Positions 43,701 to 56,121 are shown, counted from the first letter of the whole stretch. The stretch: 63,824 nt of DNA, filler included, from Chrysochromulina tobinii (GCA_001275005.1; 6 parts of 6 records of this genome joined end to end with filler, not necessarily neighbours in it); one strand, 5' to 3'. Numbers and translations are program-made. The notes: generated from the sequence alone by a model not told the origin.

Positions 43701-46700
43701 CCTCAGGGCATCGCCGTCGTCGCGCGCTACAGCGCAGACACTCTCTCCACTGCGGTCGCGGAGCAGCACTCGGGGCGCTGTCAGACCAAATTAGGCAGCT
43801 CCGGTGCCGAGTCTACCAAATTAGGCAGCTCCGGTGTCGAGTCTACCAAATTAGGCAGCTCCGGTGCCGAGTCTACCAAATTAGGCAGCTCCGGTGCCGA
43901 GTCTACCAAATTAGGCAGCTCCGGTGCCGAGTCTACCAAATTAGGCAGCTCCGGTGCCGAGTCTGTGGACGCGGCGGCGGCGCTCGCTGTGCCCGCGACG
44001 ACGCGTACCAAAGTGACGAATCTGATCGTACTGCCGGCGCGGAAGCTGCATTACACCAAACTGGACGACCGCGCTTTCCACAGTGAGAGCGCGCGAATGA
44101 CCTCTGAGGACCACCTCGGATACCTCTGATGACCTCTGATGGCCTCGGATGGCCTCGGATGGCCTCGAATATCCTCTGATGACCTCTGATGGCCTCCCTC
44201 ATCAGGTAAGAGTGCCCCCTCAGCGAGCGGAGCGGCCGATGCGTTCTGTGCGGGCTTCATGGCAGCCCTCGGTCGACGGCTGAGTGTTCGTCAGGCGCTG
44301 TTCTGGGCGTACGTTACGGGGCAGCTGAGTGCGCTCCAGCCGTGCACCCAACTCGAGGGCAGCTTGGATGACATTGAAGAATTGGTACGTCTCTGATGGG
44401 CGCTGATGGGCGCGTATGGCCTCTGATGACCTCTGATGGCCTCTGATGGCTTCTGACGGCCTCTGATGGCAACTGATGCCTCTGAGTGCGTCGGCCATCA
44501 GGATGACCTTGAGTAGACATTGAAGAGTTGGTTCGTCTAGAGCTCTGTGACGATTTCGTCCGCCGAGTGCCGCTGTGATCACTGATGACAGGCGATTGCC
44601 CTCCCTCATCAGGCGCGTCTCGAGCTCTGATGACCTCTGATGATCACTAATGACCCATAACTGCCTCCCTCATCAGGCGCGTCTCGAGCTCAGCGCCGAG
44701 ATCGAGGTGGAGGGTCCGCTATTCCGTCCACTGAGCGCCGATGAGGAGTCGCTCCCAGGGCCCTTCCGAGCAACCACGTACTTCGTGCCTCTGATTACGT
44801 CTCGGATTGCGCCTCTGATTACGCCTAGGATCACTTCTGATGAGCGCTGATTGCCCCATTCATCAGGTACTTGCGCCAGACTCCGCTCCACCTCTCGCTG
44901 CTCTCCGCACGTCCCTCGCGCCTCCCAAAGCTCTTTGTGCGTGGGCACTCGTTGGGGCACACGGGGGGCGGCGCGCACCATCTCGGCCATAATCTGAGCC
45001 ACAATCTCGGCCATAATCTCGGCCACTCATCTGCCGACCAGCTGCTGCGCACCATGGCGCCGGAGCAGCTTGCATGCATGGTCAATGTGGAGGACTCGTT
45101 TGGGTTCAATCCGTTACAGCGCGTGCACGACATGCATCAGCACACGCGCAAGGACACTGTAGAGCGCAAGCTCACGCGCCACATGCTTGATTGGTGCGCG
45201 GATGACCTCTGATGACCACATGCTTGATTGGTGTGCTGATGACCTCTAATGACCTCGAATGACCTCGAAGGGCTCACACGATGGACCGCACTGATGATCT
45301 TCCTCATCAGGCTGCTCGCGGCGCATGCATTGCTCGCCGCCACCCAAAACGGGGCTGACGCCAACCGCGGCAACCCGCTTCTGACGCTCTCGCGCCCGGC
45401 CGGGCTGCATCGAGCGCGCTCGCAATCTCGGCTACAATCTCGGTCGATTGCGGCGCGAGAGCCGGCGCGAGGCGCGTGGCAGCAGGTGTGGATCTCGAAC
45501 GATCTCTCACGATCTCGCACGATCTCGCACGATGTCGCATGATGTCGCATGATCTCGCACGATCTCGCACGATCTTTGATGGCCTCTGATGACCTCTGAT
45601 GACCTCTGATGATCCTTGATGACCTCTGTTGACCTCTGATGGCCATCGATGGCCTCGGATTGCCTCGCTCATCAGGTGTGGCTCTCGATCGCTGCCTCCG
45701 CCGTCCCCTCCGAAGATGACCTCTGATTGCATGCTGATTGCCTCCCTCATCAGGTGTGGCTCTCGATCGCTGCCTCCGCCGTCCCCTCCGAAGATGACCT
45801 CTGATTGCATGCTGATGGCCTCCCTCATCAGGTGTGGCTCTCGATCGCTGCCTCCGCCGTCCCCTCCGAAGAGATCTTTCGTCAATCGATGGCGGTCATC
45901 CAACAGGTCGATAGCGGCAAGGAGGTGCGTCTCCTTCTGATGAGCCGCTCGAAGACCTCTGATGACCTCTGAGGGCGTCTGATTGGCTCTCTCATCAGGT
46001 GCCACTCAACGTGGAGGAGGCGACTGCTTCGCTCGCCACCATGGTCGTCGTCTCCATTCTGGACGACGCGAGCCGACGACACCGCGAGCGGCGCGAAAAG
46101 GCGAGCGGCCGAGAGCGCGGCTCGTTCCGCAAGTCGGAGGAGGTGACGAAACTCGAGCTCGAGAGCTCGGCCTCTGATTGCACTCTGATGGCTCTCTGAT
46201 GGCACTCTGATTGCACTCTGATTGTACTCTGATTGCACTCTGATTGCACTCTGATTGCACTCTGATTGTACTCTGATTGCCTCCCGCATCATCTTGCAGG
46301 TGACGAAACTCGAGCTCGAGCTGCTCGAGATGAGCTCCGAGTTCGAGGCGGCCGAGCTCGCGGAGATTAATCTCGTCGAGGCCTTCTGTGCGCCCGTACT
46401 CACCGCGTCCCTCAAGCCTCCTTCGCCGCCGCCAACACCACCGCCGAACGCCTTCGCGTCGACGCCCGCCACGACGCCCGCCACGGCGCCCACGACGGCG
46501 GCGATGTCGACGTTCTGCCGCTGCCTGCTCGAGTGCCGGGACCCGTTCGATGGACGAAACTTGCTCCTGCTTGCATGCGGCGCGGGGTCGTCACTGCTCG
46601 TCGACTTGCTGCTCACGCACGGAGAGCGAAGCCGCGGTGCGTTCAATTGCATGCTGATTGCCTCCCTCTTCAACGCACGGAGAGCGAAGCCGCGGTGCGT

Positions 46701-49700
46701 TCAATTGCATGCTGATTGCCTCCCTCATCAACGCACGGAGAGCGAAGCCGCGGTGCGTTCAATTGCATGCTGATTGCCTCACTCATCAGGTGCTCAGATA
46801 CACCCAGGCTGAGTGCATGCTGATTGCATCCCTCATCAGGTGTGTTCATTGACGTGCATGCTCGGACACACGCGGGGGAGACGGCGCTGCATCTCGCCGC
46901 TGCCTCCGGCCACTTCGATATCTGCAAGATGCTGCTGCAGCGGACGGGGCTGCAACTGAAAGGTCCAGCCGGAATCGATTGCACGCGATGACGCCCCTCC
47001 AATTGGCGCCTCTGATTGCATGCTGATGGCCTCCCTCATCAGGTCCAGCCGCGGAATCGATCCATGCGACGACGCCCCTCCAATTGACGCCTCTGATTGC
47101 ATGCTGATGGCCTCCCTCATCAGGTCCAGCCGCGGAATCGATCCATGCGACGACGCCCCTCCAGTTGGCGGGAACGGCAATGCATTGGCAAGTGGCGCTC
47201 CAGATGAGTGCATTCGTGTGCGGACCGTTCGAAAACCCTCTGGGAGCCCTGATGACGAACGCAATCCAAGAGGGGCTTCAACGGCGGCTCAACATGCCCG
47301 ATGACGAAGCCGGAAGCCGTTGGAAGGTTCGAGGCACCGCTCGCGTCGCGAGTGTCGCTGGGGTGATGGGGCGTGAGTTCCGCGGGCCTTCGTTCACAGG
47401 TGCGCGCAGGGGAGGCGCACGCTGTGATTGCCTCCGATTGCGCTTAGAGTAGGCGCGTGATGACCTGTGATTGCCTCCGATTGCGCGTAGAGGAGGCGCA
47501 TGATGACCTGTGATTGCCTCCGATTGCGCTTAGAGTAGGCGCATGATGACCTGTGATTGCCTCCAATTGCGCGTAGAGGAGGCGCATGATGACCTGTGAT
47601 TGCCTCCGATTGCCATCGATGTTGCCTCGCTGCTGACCTGTGCGGACCTTCGTTCACACGTTGTGCATACGTTGTTCACAGTGATGCCCGAGCAACTCGA
47701 GCGCATCCGCCAGCAAGTGGCCTCTTCGGCGACTCTCCTCGTCCTCTTGAGCAACGCGCTGCTGAGCGAGCCCACAGCGCTGGTGACCGTCTGATTGCGA
47801 CTGATTCGCTATCTGATTGCGACTGATTCGCTATCTGATTGCGACTGATTAGCATCGGATTGCGACTGAGTTTCCTCTGATGAGCACTGATGGCCTCCCT
47901 CATCAGGTGGCCGAGCTCAAGATGACCTCTGATTGCCTCTTGATGGCCTCTGATTATCCTCTGATGAGCACTGATGGCCTCCCTCATCAGGTGGCCCTCG
48001 TGGCGGCGTTTGATCTCTGATTGCCTCTTGATTGCCTCTGATTGCCTCTGATGAGCACTGATGGCCTCCCTCATCAGGTGGCCCTCGTGGCGGCGTATGA
48101 TCTCGGCAAGGCAATCGTCGGGCTGCGCGTGGATGCCGTCGATGGAGTGCCCGCCGAGGCGCTCGCTTATGACGAGGAGGTCGCCACGACGGCGCTCCAT
48201 AACCTGGCAGCGTACCTGACAAGGAAGCACCCCGATGTCCTGGCGGCGATGGAAGCGAGCGGCCTCGATGTCGCCGACATGGGGCGCAAGTGTTTGAACG
48301 TGGCGCGAAACCTCAAGGCGCGAAACATCGTCCATGTGCCCAACGCGACGCTCACGCCAGATGCGAGCTCGAGCGCCGTATCGGGCAGCTCCGCTCCTCG
48401 CGGCCCACGGGTGCTCCTTGAGGTCTCGTCATCAGAGGTTTCGTCATCCGAGGTTTCGTCATCCGAGGCGCTCCGAGGCGCTCCGAGATACTCCGAGGTT
48501 TCGTCATCAGAGGTTTCGTCATCAGAGGTTTCGTCATCCGAGGCACTCCGAGGCGCTCCGAGATACTCCGAGGCACTCCGCACTCGATGGGTGCTTGATG
48601 ACGAAACTCTGCGAGCGATCGAGGGCGGTCTCGAGGACGCCGAGATTTTGGCCGCGATCTCGAACGAAGCTCGCGCTCGCCTCGTGATTCGAAAGCATCT
48701 CGCGCAGCGGATCGCCGCGGGGCGCACCCGGACACGGATGCAGCTCAAGAGCCGCACAGCGCGTCTCCATCGCCTGAAGCGCGTCGCCGATGGGCGCGAT
48801 GCGGAGGTGCCTCAACTGGGCAGGTTGCCTAGCATGGACGATGCGGAGCCGCCCTCGCCCGACGAGATGCGATCTCCGCCCGACGAGATGCGATCTCGCG
48901 CGCTCAGATATCACCTGTGCCTCTCGCACCAGTGGCGGTTCGGGCAGGACGTGGCGCGTGCCATCAAGCTGCGCCTGCCCGACTTCGTGCCAAACATCCA
49001 GATCTGCGTGGAGCTCGATAAGGAGCGATCTGCGGATGCGCTGCGCGACTCGATCGACGTCTCCCTTACGGTCGTCGTGCTGATCTCAGATGGCTACTTT
49101 GCGAGCATCGGGTGAGTGCCTCTGATGGCCTCTGATGGCCTCTGTTCACCTCTGAGTACCTCTGATGAGCATCGGGTGAGTGCCTCTGAATGACCTCTGA
49201 TGAGCATCTGGTGAGTGCCTCTAATGACATCTGATGGTCGCTGATGATGTGTTTTCCTCATCAGTTGCACGCGAGAGCTGCTCCGCGCCTTCTGATGACA
49301 CCTGATGACACCTGATGACACCTGATGACACCTGATGACACCTGATGACCTCTGATGACCTCTGATGACCTCTGATGACCTCTGATTGCCTCCCTCATCA
49401 GGTGCACGCGAGAGCTGCTCCGCGCCATTTGGCTTCGAAAGCCGCTCGTGACGTTGATCGATCCGCAAATCGATCGCGCTGAGCTGAGCGCTGCCCAGAT
49501 TCGTCACCAGATCGAGCTCAATCGAGCTCAATGGGAGCTGTGGGGAATCGCTGACGAGATGCGAGCGTGGGGCATGACCCAACTCCCCACAGCCTCGGAA
49601 GTCTTCGAGGCGCTTTTCCCCACAGATGGATCGCGCCCACCCCTCGAATGGGAACGGCTCACACCGTACCAGGTGACATCTCGCTTGAGTGTCTCTTGAT

Positions 49701-52700
49701 TGCCTCTTGATCGCCTCTTGATTGCCTATCGATTGCCGTTCGAATGGGAACGGTTCACACCTACCAGGTGTGCTCATGGCCTCTGATGACCTCTGATGAT
49801 CCTTGATGATCTCTGATGACCTCTGATGACCTCTGATGACCTCTGATGACCTCTGATGACCTCTGATGATCTCGGATGACCTCTGATGGCCTCTGATGGC
49901 CTCTGACCTCGCGGCTCGCCCCGTTCCTAATTAGGACCACACGCTGCGTCTGCTCGTCGAGTCTGTGCTACCGGTCGACCAGACGCCCACGCGGCTCCAA
50001 AGCGAACTCTCACCCGACGAGCAGGTCACGTTGCCCCTGATGACCTCTGATGACCTCCCTCATTAGGTCGCGTGGCCCGCGCTCCGACGGGGCTTCCTTC
50101 CACAGCCCTGATGACCTCTGATGACCTCCCTCTGATGACCTCCCTCATTAGGTCGCGTGGCCCGCGCTCCGGCGGGGCTTCTTCCACGTCTACGCAAGCC
50201 GCCACTGCCCGGGCTCGTTCGATCTCATGATCGAGCTCGCGCGAGCTCATCAGAGATCTCGGATCGCCTCGGCAGTCAGTGATGGCAATGCCGCGGTCCT
50301 CTCCTCCTCTGCACTTGATGATGGGATTGCGGTCATTAGAGGTCATCAGAGGTCATCAGAGGATGGGATTGCGGGCGGCGTCGAGGGTCACCTCTTTGTG
50401 GCAGGCGAGATGCGATCCCTGCAGACCGCGCAGCCCATGCTGACGCCCATGCTGACGCCCGGGACGGCGCCCGGGACGGCGCCCGGCACGGCGCCGCACC
50501 GTCCCTCGGAGATGCTCCACGTGACGAGTGACGAAACCCTCTTACCAAAGTGCTCGCATATGCTCGTGTACGTGCTTGCATGCTTGCCGCTGGATTGCTC
50601 TTGTTGATTGCTCCTGGATTGCTCCTGGATTGCTCCTGGATTGCTCCTGGATTGCTTTTTTATACCTCTGAGGAACTCCAATTGGCTCCTTCATTACCTC
50701 TGAGGAGCTCCAATTGGCTCCCTCATTACCTCTGAGGAACTCCAATTGGCTCCCTCATCAGGTACCTGACCGCCGAGACGTGGACACACGACACCGCCGC
50801 CTTCCTAATCGAGCTCACCCGAGCTCGGCAGCTGGGATTGCATCTGCTGCTTGTGCACGAGGTGCCACGTGTCTCTGATTGCATCTGCTGCTTGTGCACG
50901 AGGTGCCACGTGTCTCTGATTGCATCTCTGATGTCCTCCCTGATGACATGCTGATTGCCTCCCTCATCAGGTGCCCCGCGTCGAGCTGCCCGGCCCGCCC
51001 GACGAGCGCGCGCCCGCGGCGGCGCCTTACCTGATGGCATGCTGATTGCCTCCCTCATCAGGTGCCCCGCGTCGAGCTGCCCGGCCCGCCCGACGAGCGC
51101 GCGCCCGCGGCGGCGCCTTTTGAGGCGATCGTGGCCGCGGCGCCTAGCGAGGCCGTGCACGCGGGGTGGCTCTCCTCAATTACGGTGCCACTCAAGCCGG
51201 CGCCGTACCGGTACTCGAGCATGCTTCTCCTTACGCAGGTGGGTTGCATGCTGATTGCATGATGATTGCCTCCCTCATGGACAGTCGGCGCCGTACCGGT
51301 ACTCGAGCATGCTTCTCCTTACGCAGGTGGGTTGCATGCTGATTGCGTGATGATTGTATTCCTCATGGACGGTCGGCGCCGTACCGGTACTCGTGCATGC
51401 TTCTCCTTACGCAGGTGGGTTGCCAAATATGGCAGCACTCACGTCTGATGACCTCGGATGACCTCCGATGACCTCCGATGACCTCTGATGACCTCTGATG
51501 ACCTCTGATGACCTCTGGTGACCTCTGATGACCTCTGGTGACCTCTGATGACCTCTGATGATCGCCGATTGCCTGAGTAGGCTATCATCGACTATGCCCT
51601 CCCAGTGCGCCTACGCCCTGTCGAGTTGGCCAACGTCGTCGCGGCCGCGACGGGCATCGGGGAAGCGGCGCGTCTGCCCTCGAGCCAGCGCCAAAGTCCA
51701 TCGGCCCCTGGCACACCTAATTTGGGTCCATCGGCCCCTGGCACACCTAATTTGGGTCCATCGGCCCCTGGCACACCTAATTTGGGTCCGGACCAGTTGC
51801 GGTCAGAGGCACTCACACACGAAATGGCCTCGGACACTGGCTCGCCTGGCGGCAAGGGGATCGAGGAGGGAGATTCCGAGGGCGCGCTCTCAATCTCCGA
51901 GCGCGCAGATGCAATCTCCGAGGGCGCACTCTCAATCTCCGAGCGCGCAGATGCAATCTCCGAGGGCGCGCTCTCAATCTCCGAGCGCGCAGATGCGCGC
52001 GAGCTGCTGCTCGCGCCTTCGACCACGCACGAGGAAGGCGAGGCATCCATATTAGGCAATACCACGCACGAGGAAGGCGAGGCATCCAAATTAGGTAACC
52101 GCTCGTCCGTGCGCGCGCGACAGTGCAGTGAGGAGACTATCCTTTCGAGCGAGCAGCCGGGAAATCTTTTCCCACAGCCATCGTTTGCGTCGGAGACGAG
52201 TGACTACAGCCATCAAGTGCCCGACGAGCGTGCCTCCACAACGGCGCCCGGTGAGCGGGTGCCTCTATGGATGCTCTCAGCCTCGCACAAGTCCATGCAG
52301 GTGCGAGATGTCGATCTGAGATGTCGATCTGAGATGACGACCTGATATGACGATCTGAGATGACGATCTGAGGGCCTTGGATCGCTAGAGTTTCGTCGAT
52401 CTGGGATGTCGATCTGAGGGTTATGGATCGCCCGAGTTTCCCTTGAGGCATCATGATGCGACACCGAGATTGACACCGAGATTGACACCGAGATTGACAC
52501 CGAGATTGACACCGAGATTGACACTGAGATTGACACCGAGATTGACACCGAGGACTGACACCGAGATTGCCATCATCGGAGGCACCATGATGCCACACCT
52601 TGATCGCCTCTGATGGCCTGTGATTGCCATTGAGGCCCCTTGATTGCCACGGATGGACATGAGACGTAACGACTTTCCTCATGATTGCCACTGATTGATG

Positions 52701-53201
52701 TGAGACGTCACGACTCTCCTCATGATTGCCACGGATGGACATGAGACGTAACGACTCTCCTCATGATTGCCACTGATTGATGTGAGACGTAACGACTCTC
52801 CTCATGATTGCGACTGATGGACATGAGGCGTAACGACTCGCTCCTCATTGTCCCTCGCGCCCGGCACAGCGCGTGATGGTGGCTGTGGCCGACTACCGAG
52901 CGCAGGCGAAGGCAGCGCGAGAGTTCTACCGAAGTGCGAGCCATACGGAGCAACCCTCAGTGCCGTTGTCCCCGGGTGGCTCTGCATGCAAGTGCTCACC
53001 ACGGCGCCACCCCTCCCCACAGGTGCGAGCCACGAGGAGCAACCCTCAGTGCCGTTGTCCCCTAGTGGCTTCGTGGCGCCGCCCCCACTCCTATCCTTAA
53101 CCGACCGCTCGAGGGGCTCGTCGTCCTCCCGCTCGTGCCGGCTTGGCGAACGTCAAGACTCGCGCGAGTCCTCTGACCCGTCGGAGCCCACGTCGTTTTG
53201 A
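40756..53201 (+). CDS. Large multi-exon (over 20 introns) PfkB/ribokinase-like + ankyrin + multiple TIR-like domain protein
   Basis: PfkB motifs ILVVGAINVD, GGRGFNQAVACARLG, GAN, VLLQLEIP, SGAADAFCAGF. Ankyrins QTPLHL, GETALHLAAASGHFDICKMLL, TTPLQLA. TIR YHLCLSHQW...DGYFASIG|CTRELLRA. Second TIR-like HMLV|YLTAETW...IELTRA...LLLVHE. In-frame GT-AG joins traced for the junctions from 44206 to the stop; some earlier junctions are less certain. Confidence 0.7.
41414..53022 (+). mobile_element. Cluster of introner-like introns: duplicated exon start + decamer repeats (GATGACCTCT-type) + conserved acceptor tail
   Basis: Over 20 occurrences of CC(C/T)TCAT(C/T)AG-type acceptors preceded by CTGATTGC or CTGATGAC repeats, often with a copy of the following exon at the intron 5' end. 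Confidence 0.7.
43787..43964 (+). repeat. Exonic 30-bp minisatellite (TKLGSSGAES x6)
   Basis: ACCAAATTAGGCAGCTCCGGTGCCGAGTCT tandem, in frame. Confidence 0.9.
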
Positions 53202-54103
53202 ATCACTAGGACATAACAAGGACAAGCGAAAAACTGCTATGACCTATGTGCTAACGGGTGCGTCGGTGAATAACAGCGAACTGACCGAACTGTAGTCTGT
53301 ACGGTACACAGTGTTCATGAAGTGTTCATGATTAGGAACCGACGCGGCCTTTTCGCGGACCTACGATCGATAGAGAGTGCGCGCGTGCCGTCGTCTCTAG
53401 AGCGTGAAGAGGCCGAAGAGCCCGCCGCGGGCGTGCCGAGTTTTTTCCACCGTCGCGAGCGGCGCGCGCCCATCGACGCGCCCACGTGCATTGATCGAGG
53501 TGTCTGAGCTCCCTGCGGTGCTGACGAGGTCCTCTTTTACCCTCTCTCCTCTCAACTATGCGGGGGCCGCTCACCCGAGGCATTCCGGAAACGCCGCGAT
53601 CAGTCGAGATCGAGGCCTGGATGCAACGCCCTTGCGCCTAGGGACGAGCCCCTTTTCATGGACCTGTGGACGTGGTCGCTTCGGGAGGCGGCCAGGGGGT
53701 CGGGAGTGCAGCGCCCCGCCCCGCACCACTCAGAACACGTGCCTCCCCCTCTCAAGCCGCATGCCCCCTCTTCCCCCCATCTCCTCTCAACCATGCGGGG
53801 GCCGCTCACGCGAGGCATTCCTGAAACGCCGCGCATGCCGAACGCGGCCCCACATGTATGTGCGTGCGGCGGGCGCCCTCTCGTGCGAGGCCGTGTGTGG
53901 CGCCACCGGGGAGCGCGTGCTCGCGACGCCTGTGTCCCGCCGTCCGTTGGAGAGACCGAGCCCACGCCGCCGCGCGGGGCAACCCCGATGAGTCGGTCGC
54001 GGCTGATGCCTCCGGGGCATCGCACGGCGTGCGGCGGGCACACGCCAGAGAGAGATGTGGGGCCTGCTGGTCTTCCGCGCAGCGCGCTCGCTCCAAAGCC
54101 GGC

Positions 54104-55781
54104 CTATGCGCGGGTGACTTGAGTGTGCGCGCTGAAGGTTGATGGGTGGACGACGGTGGATGATGGGATCGTGATCGACGCGAGCGATTTGCAGCGCACA
54201 AAGGCACCGTCACCAATCTGCGTCACCGACGCGGGGAGCGTGATCGACGCGAGCGAGGTGCAGTTACGAAAGGTGTCCTCACCAATCTGCGTCACCGACG
54301 CGGGGAGCGCGATCGACGCGAGCGAGGTGCAGTCACGAAAGGCGCGCTCACCAATCTGCGTCACCGACGCGGGGAGCGTGATCGACGCGAGCGAGGTGCA
54401 TTCTTCAAAGGCGCTCCCACCAATCTGCGTCACCGACGCGGGGAGCGTGATCGACGCGAGCGAGGTGCAGCCCTTAAAGGCGCGCCCACCAATCTGCGTC
54501 ACCGACGCGGGGAGCGTGATCGACGCGAGCGAGGTGCAGTCCCAAAAGGCGCCCTCACCAATCTGCGTCACCGACGCGGGGAGCGTGATCGACGCGAGCG
54601 AGATGCAGCCGAAAAAGGCGCGCTCACCAATCTGCGTCATCGACGCGGGGAGGTCCGCGACCGACTTGAGCAACTTGCACTCTCGCATCGTGAGCTTTCG
54701 CAGCGCCATCAGCCTCGCCACAGACGCCGGCAGCGCCTCCCCCTTCCACTTCCCGCGCAGATTCAGCCCGCACACGCGCCCCTCCTTGTCCGCCGAGAAC
54801 GCCCTGCCGAGCCCGTCCCGGCCGCCCACCACCCCCGCCAGCCACTCGGGATCCTCCAGGATCCACGCGTCCTCAGACGCCCCGATGAGCTCCAGAGCCA
54901 TAAAGGTGACTTGAGTGTGCTCGTCGAAGGCCAATGGGTCGACGAGGGTCGCCGATGGGATCGTGATCGACGAAAGCGAGGTGCAGCTGCAAAAGGCGCG
55001 CTCACCAATCTGCGTTACCGACTCGGGGATCGTGATCGACGCGAGCGAAGTGCAGGCGAGAAAGGCCTCCTTACCAATCTGCGTCACCGACTCGGGGAGC
55101 GTGATCGACGCGAGCGATTTGCACTTGTAAAAGGTGAACGCACCAATCTGCGTCACCGACTCGGGGAGCGTGATCGACGCGAGCGAGGCGCAGCCCTGAA
55201 AGGCGCGCTCACCTATCTGCTTCACTGACGCGGGGAGCGTGATCGACGCGAGCGAGGCGCAGCCCTGAAAGGCGTACCCACCAATCTGCGTCACCGACGC
55301 GGGGAGCGTGATCGACGCGAGCGAGGTGCAGCCCCGAAAGGTGTGCTCACCAATCTGCGTCACCGACGCGGGGAGCGTGATCGACGCGAGCGAGATGCAT
55401 TCGCAAAAGGCGCTCCCACCAATCTGCGTCACCGACGCGGGGAGCGTGATCGACGCGAGCGAGGTGCAGCCCCGAAAGGCGTGCTCACCAATCTGCGTCA
55501 CCGACGCGGGGATCGTGATCGACGCGAGCGAGATGCAGTTGTAAAAGGCGCTCTCACCAATCTGCGTCACCGACGCGGGGATCGTGATCGTCGCGAGCAA
55601 GGTGCAGTCGCGAAAGGCTTGATTATCAATCTGCGTCACCGACGTGGGGAGCGTGATCGACACGAGCGACGTGCAGTTTTGCATCTTGAGCTTTCGCAGC
55701 GCCGTCAGCCTCGCCACAGACGCCGGCAGCGCCTCCCCCTTCCACTTCCCGCGCAGCTCCAGCCCGACCACGCGCCCCTCC
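54104..55781 (-). CDS. BspA/TpLRR (LRR_5) protein with two duplicated modules, 5' truncated
   Basis: 23-aa repeats C.SLASITLPASVTQIG..AF.. (69-bp DNA units). Cap GL.LRGKWKGEALPASVARL.ALRKL occurs twice. Confidence 0.92.
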
Positions 55782-55881
55782 NNNNNNNNNNNNNNNNNNN
55801 NNNNNNNNNNNNNNNNNNNNNNNNNTTAATTAATTAANNNNNNNNNNNNNNNNNNNNNNNNNNNNNNNNNNNNNNNNNNNN
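55782..55881. other. Artificial contig linker
   Basis: N44-TTAATTAATTAA-N44. Confidence 0.98.
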
Positions 55882-56121
55882 CTCATGTTTGATGCATGCC
55901 CTGTGCATCCCAAGGGTACCATGGTGATCCCCATGCTCTGGAGAATCAGTGGGTATGTTGTTTGCATGCCGGGTGTCAAAAACAAAAATCACCATAACCA
56001 CCCTTAACAGCGCTCCCACCATCTCTGCCATTCGTCGGGTCCCAACATGGACGTCGATTGCGCATGAACACCGAGCGGAGAGCCCGTACGCTGATGGGTA
56101 TGGGGTATGCCTCCCATACTC

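Noticed and set aside
41638..52960. Minus-strand ORFs full of IRGHQRSSEV and MREAISMQ peptides
   Set aside because: They are translations of intronic decamer repeats and acceptor tails, not proteins.
53540..53840. Duplicated GGGGGCCGCTCAC.CGAGGCATTCC.GAAACGCCGCG motif as a SINE or ncRNA
   Set aside because: Only a short local duplication. No Pol III boxes, tRNA fold or target duplication could be supported.
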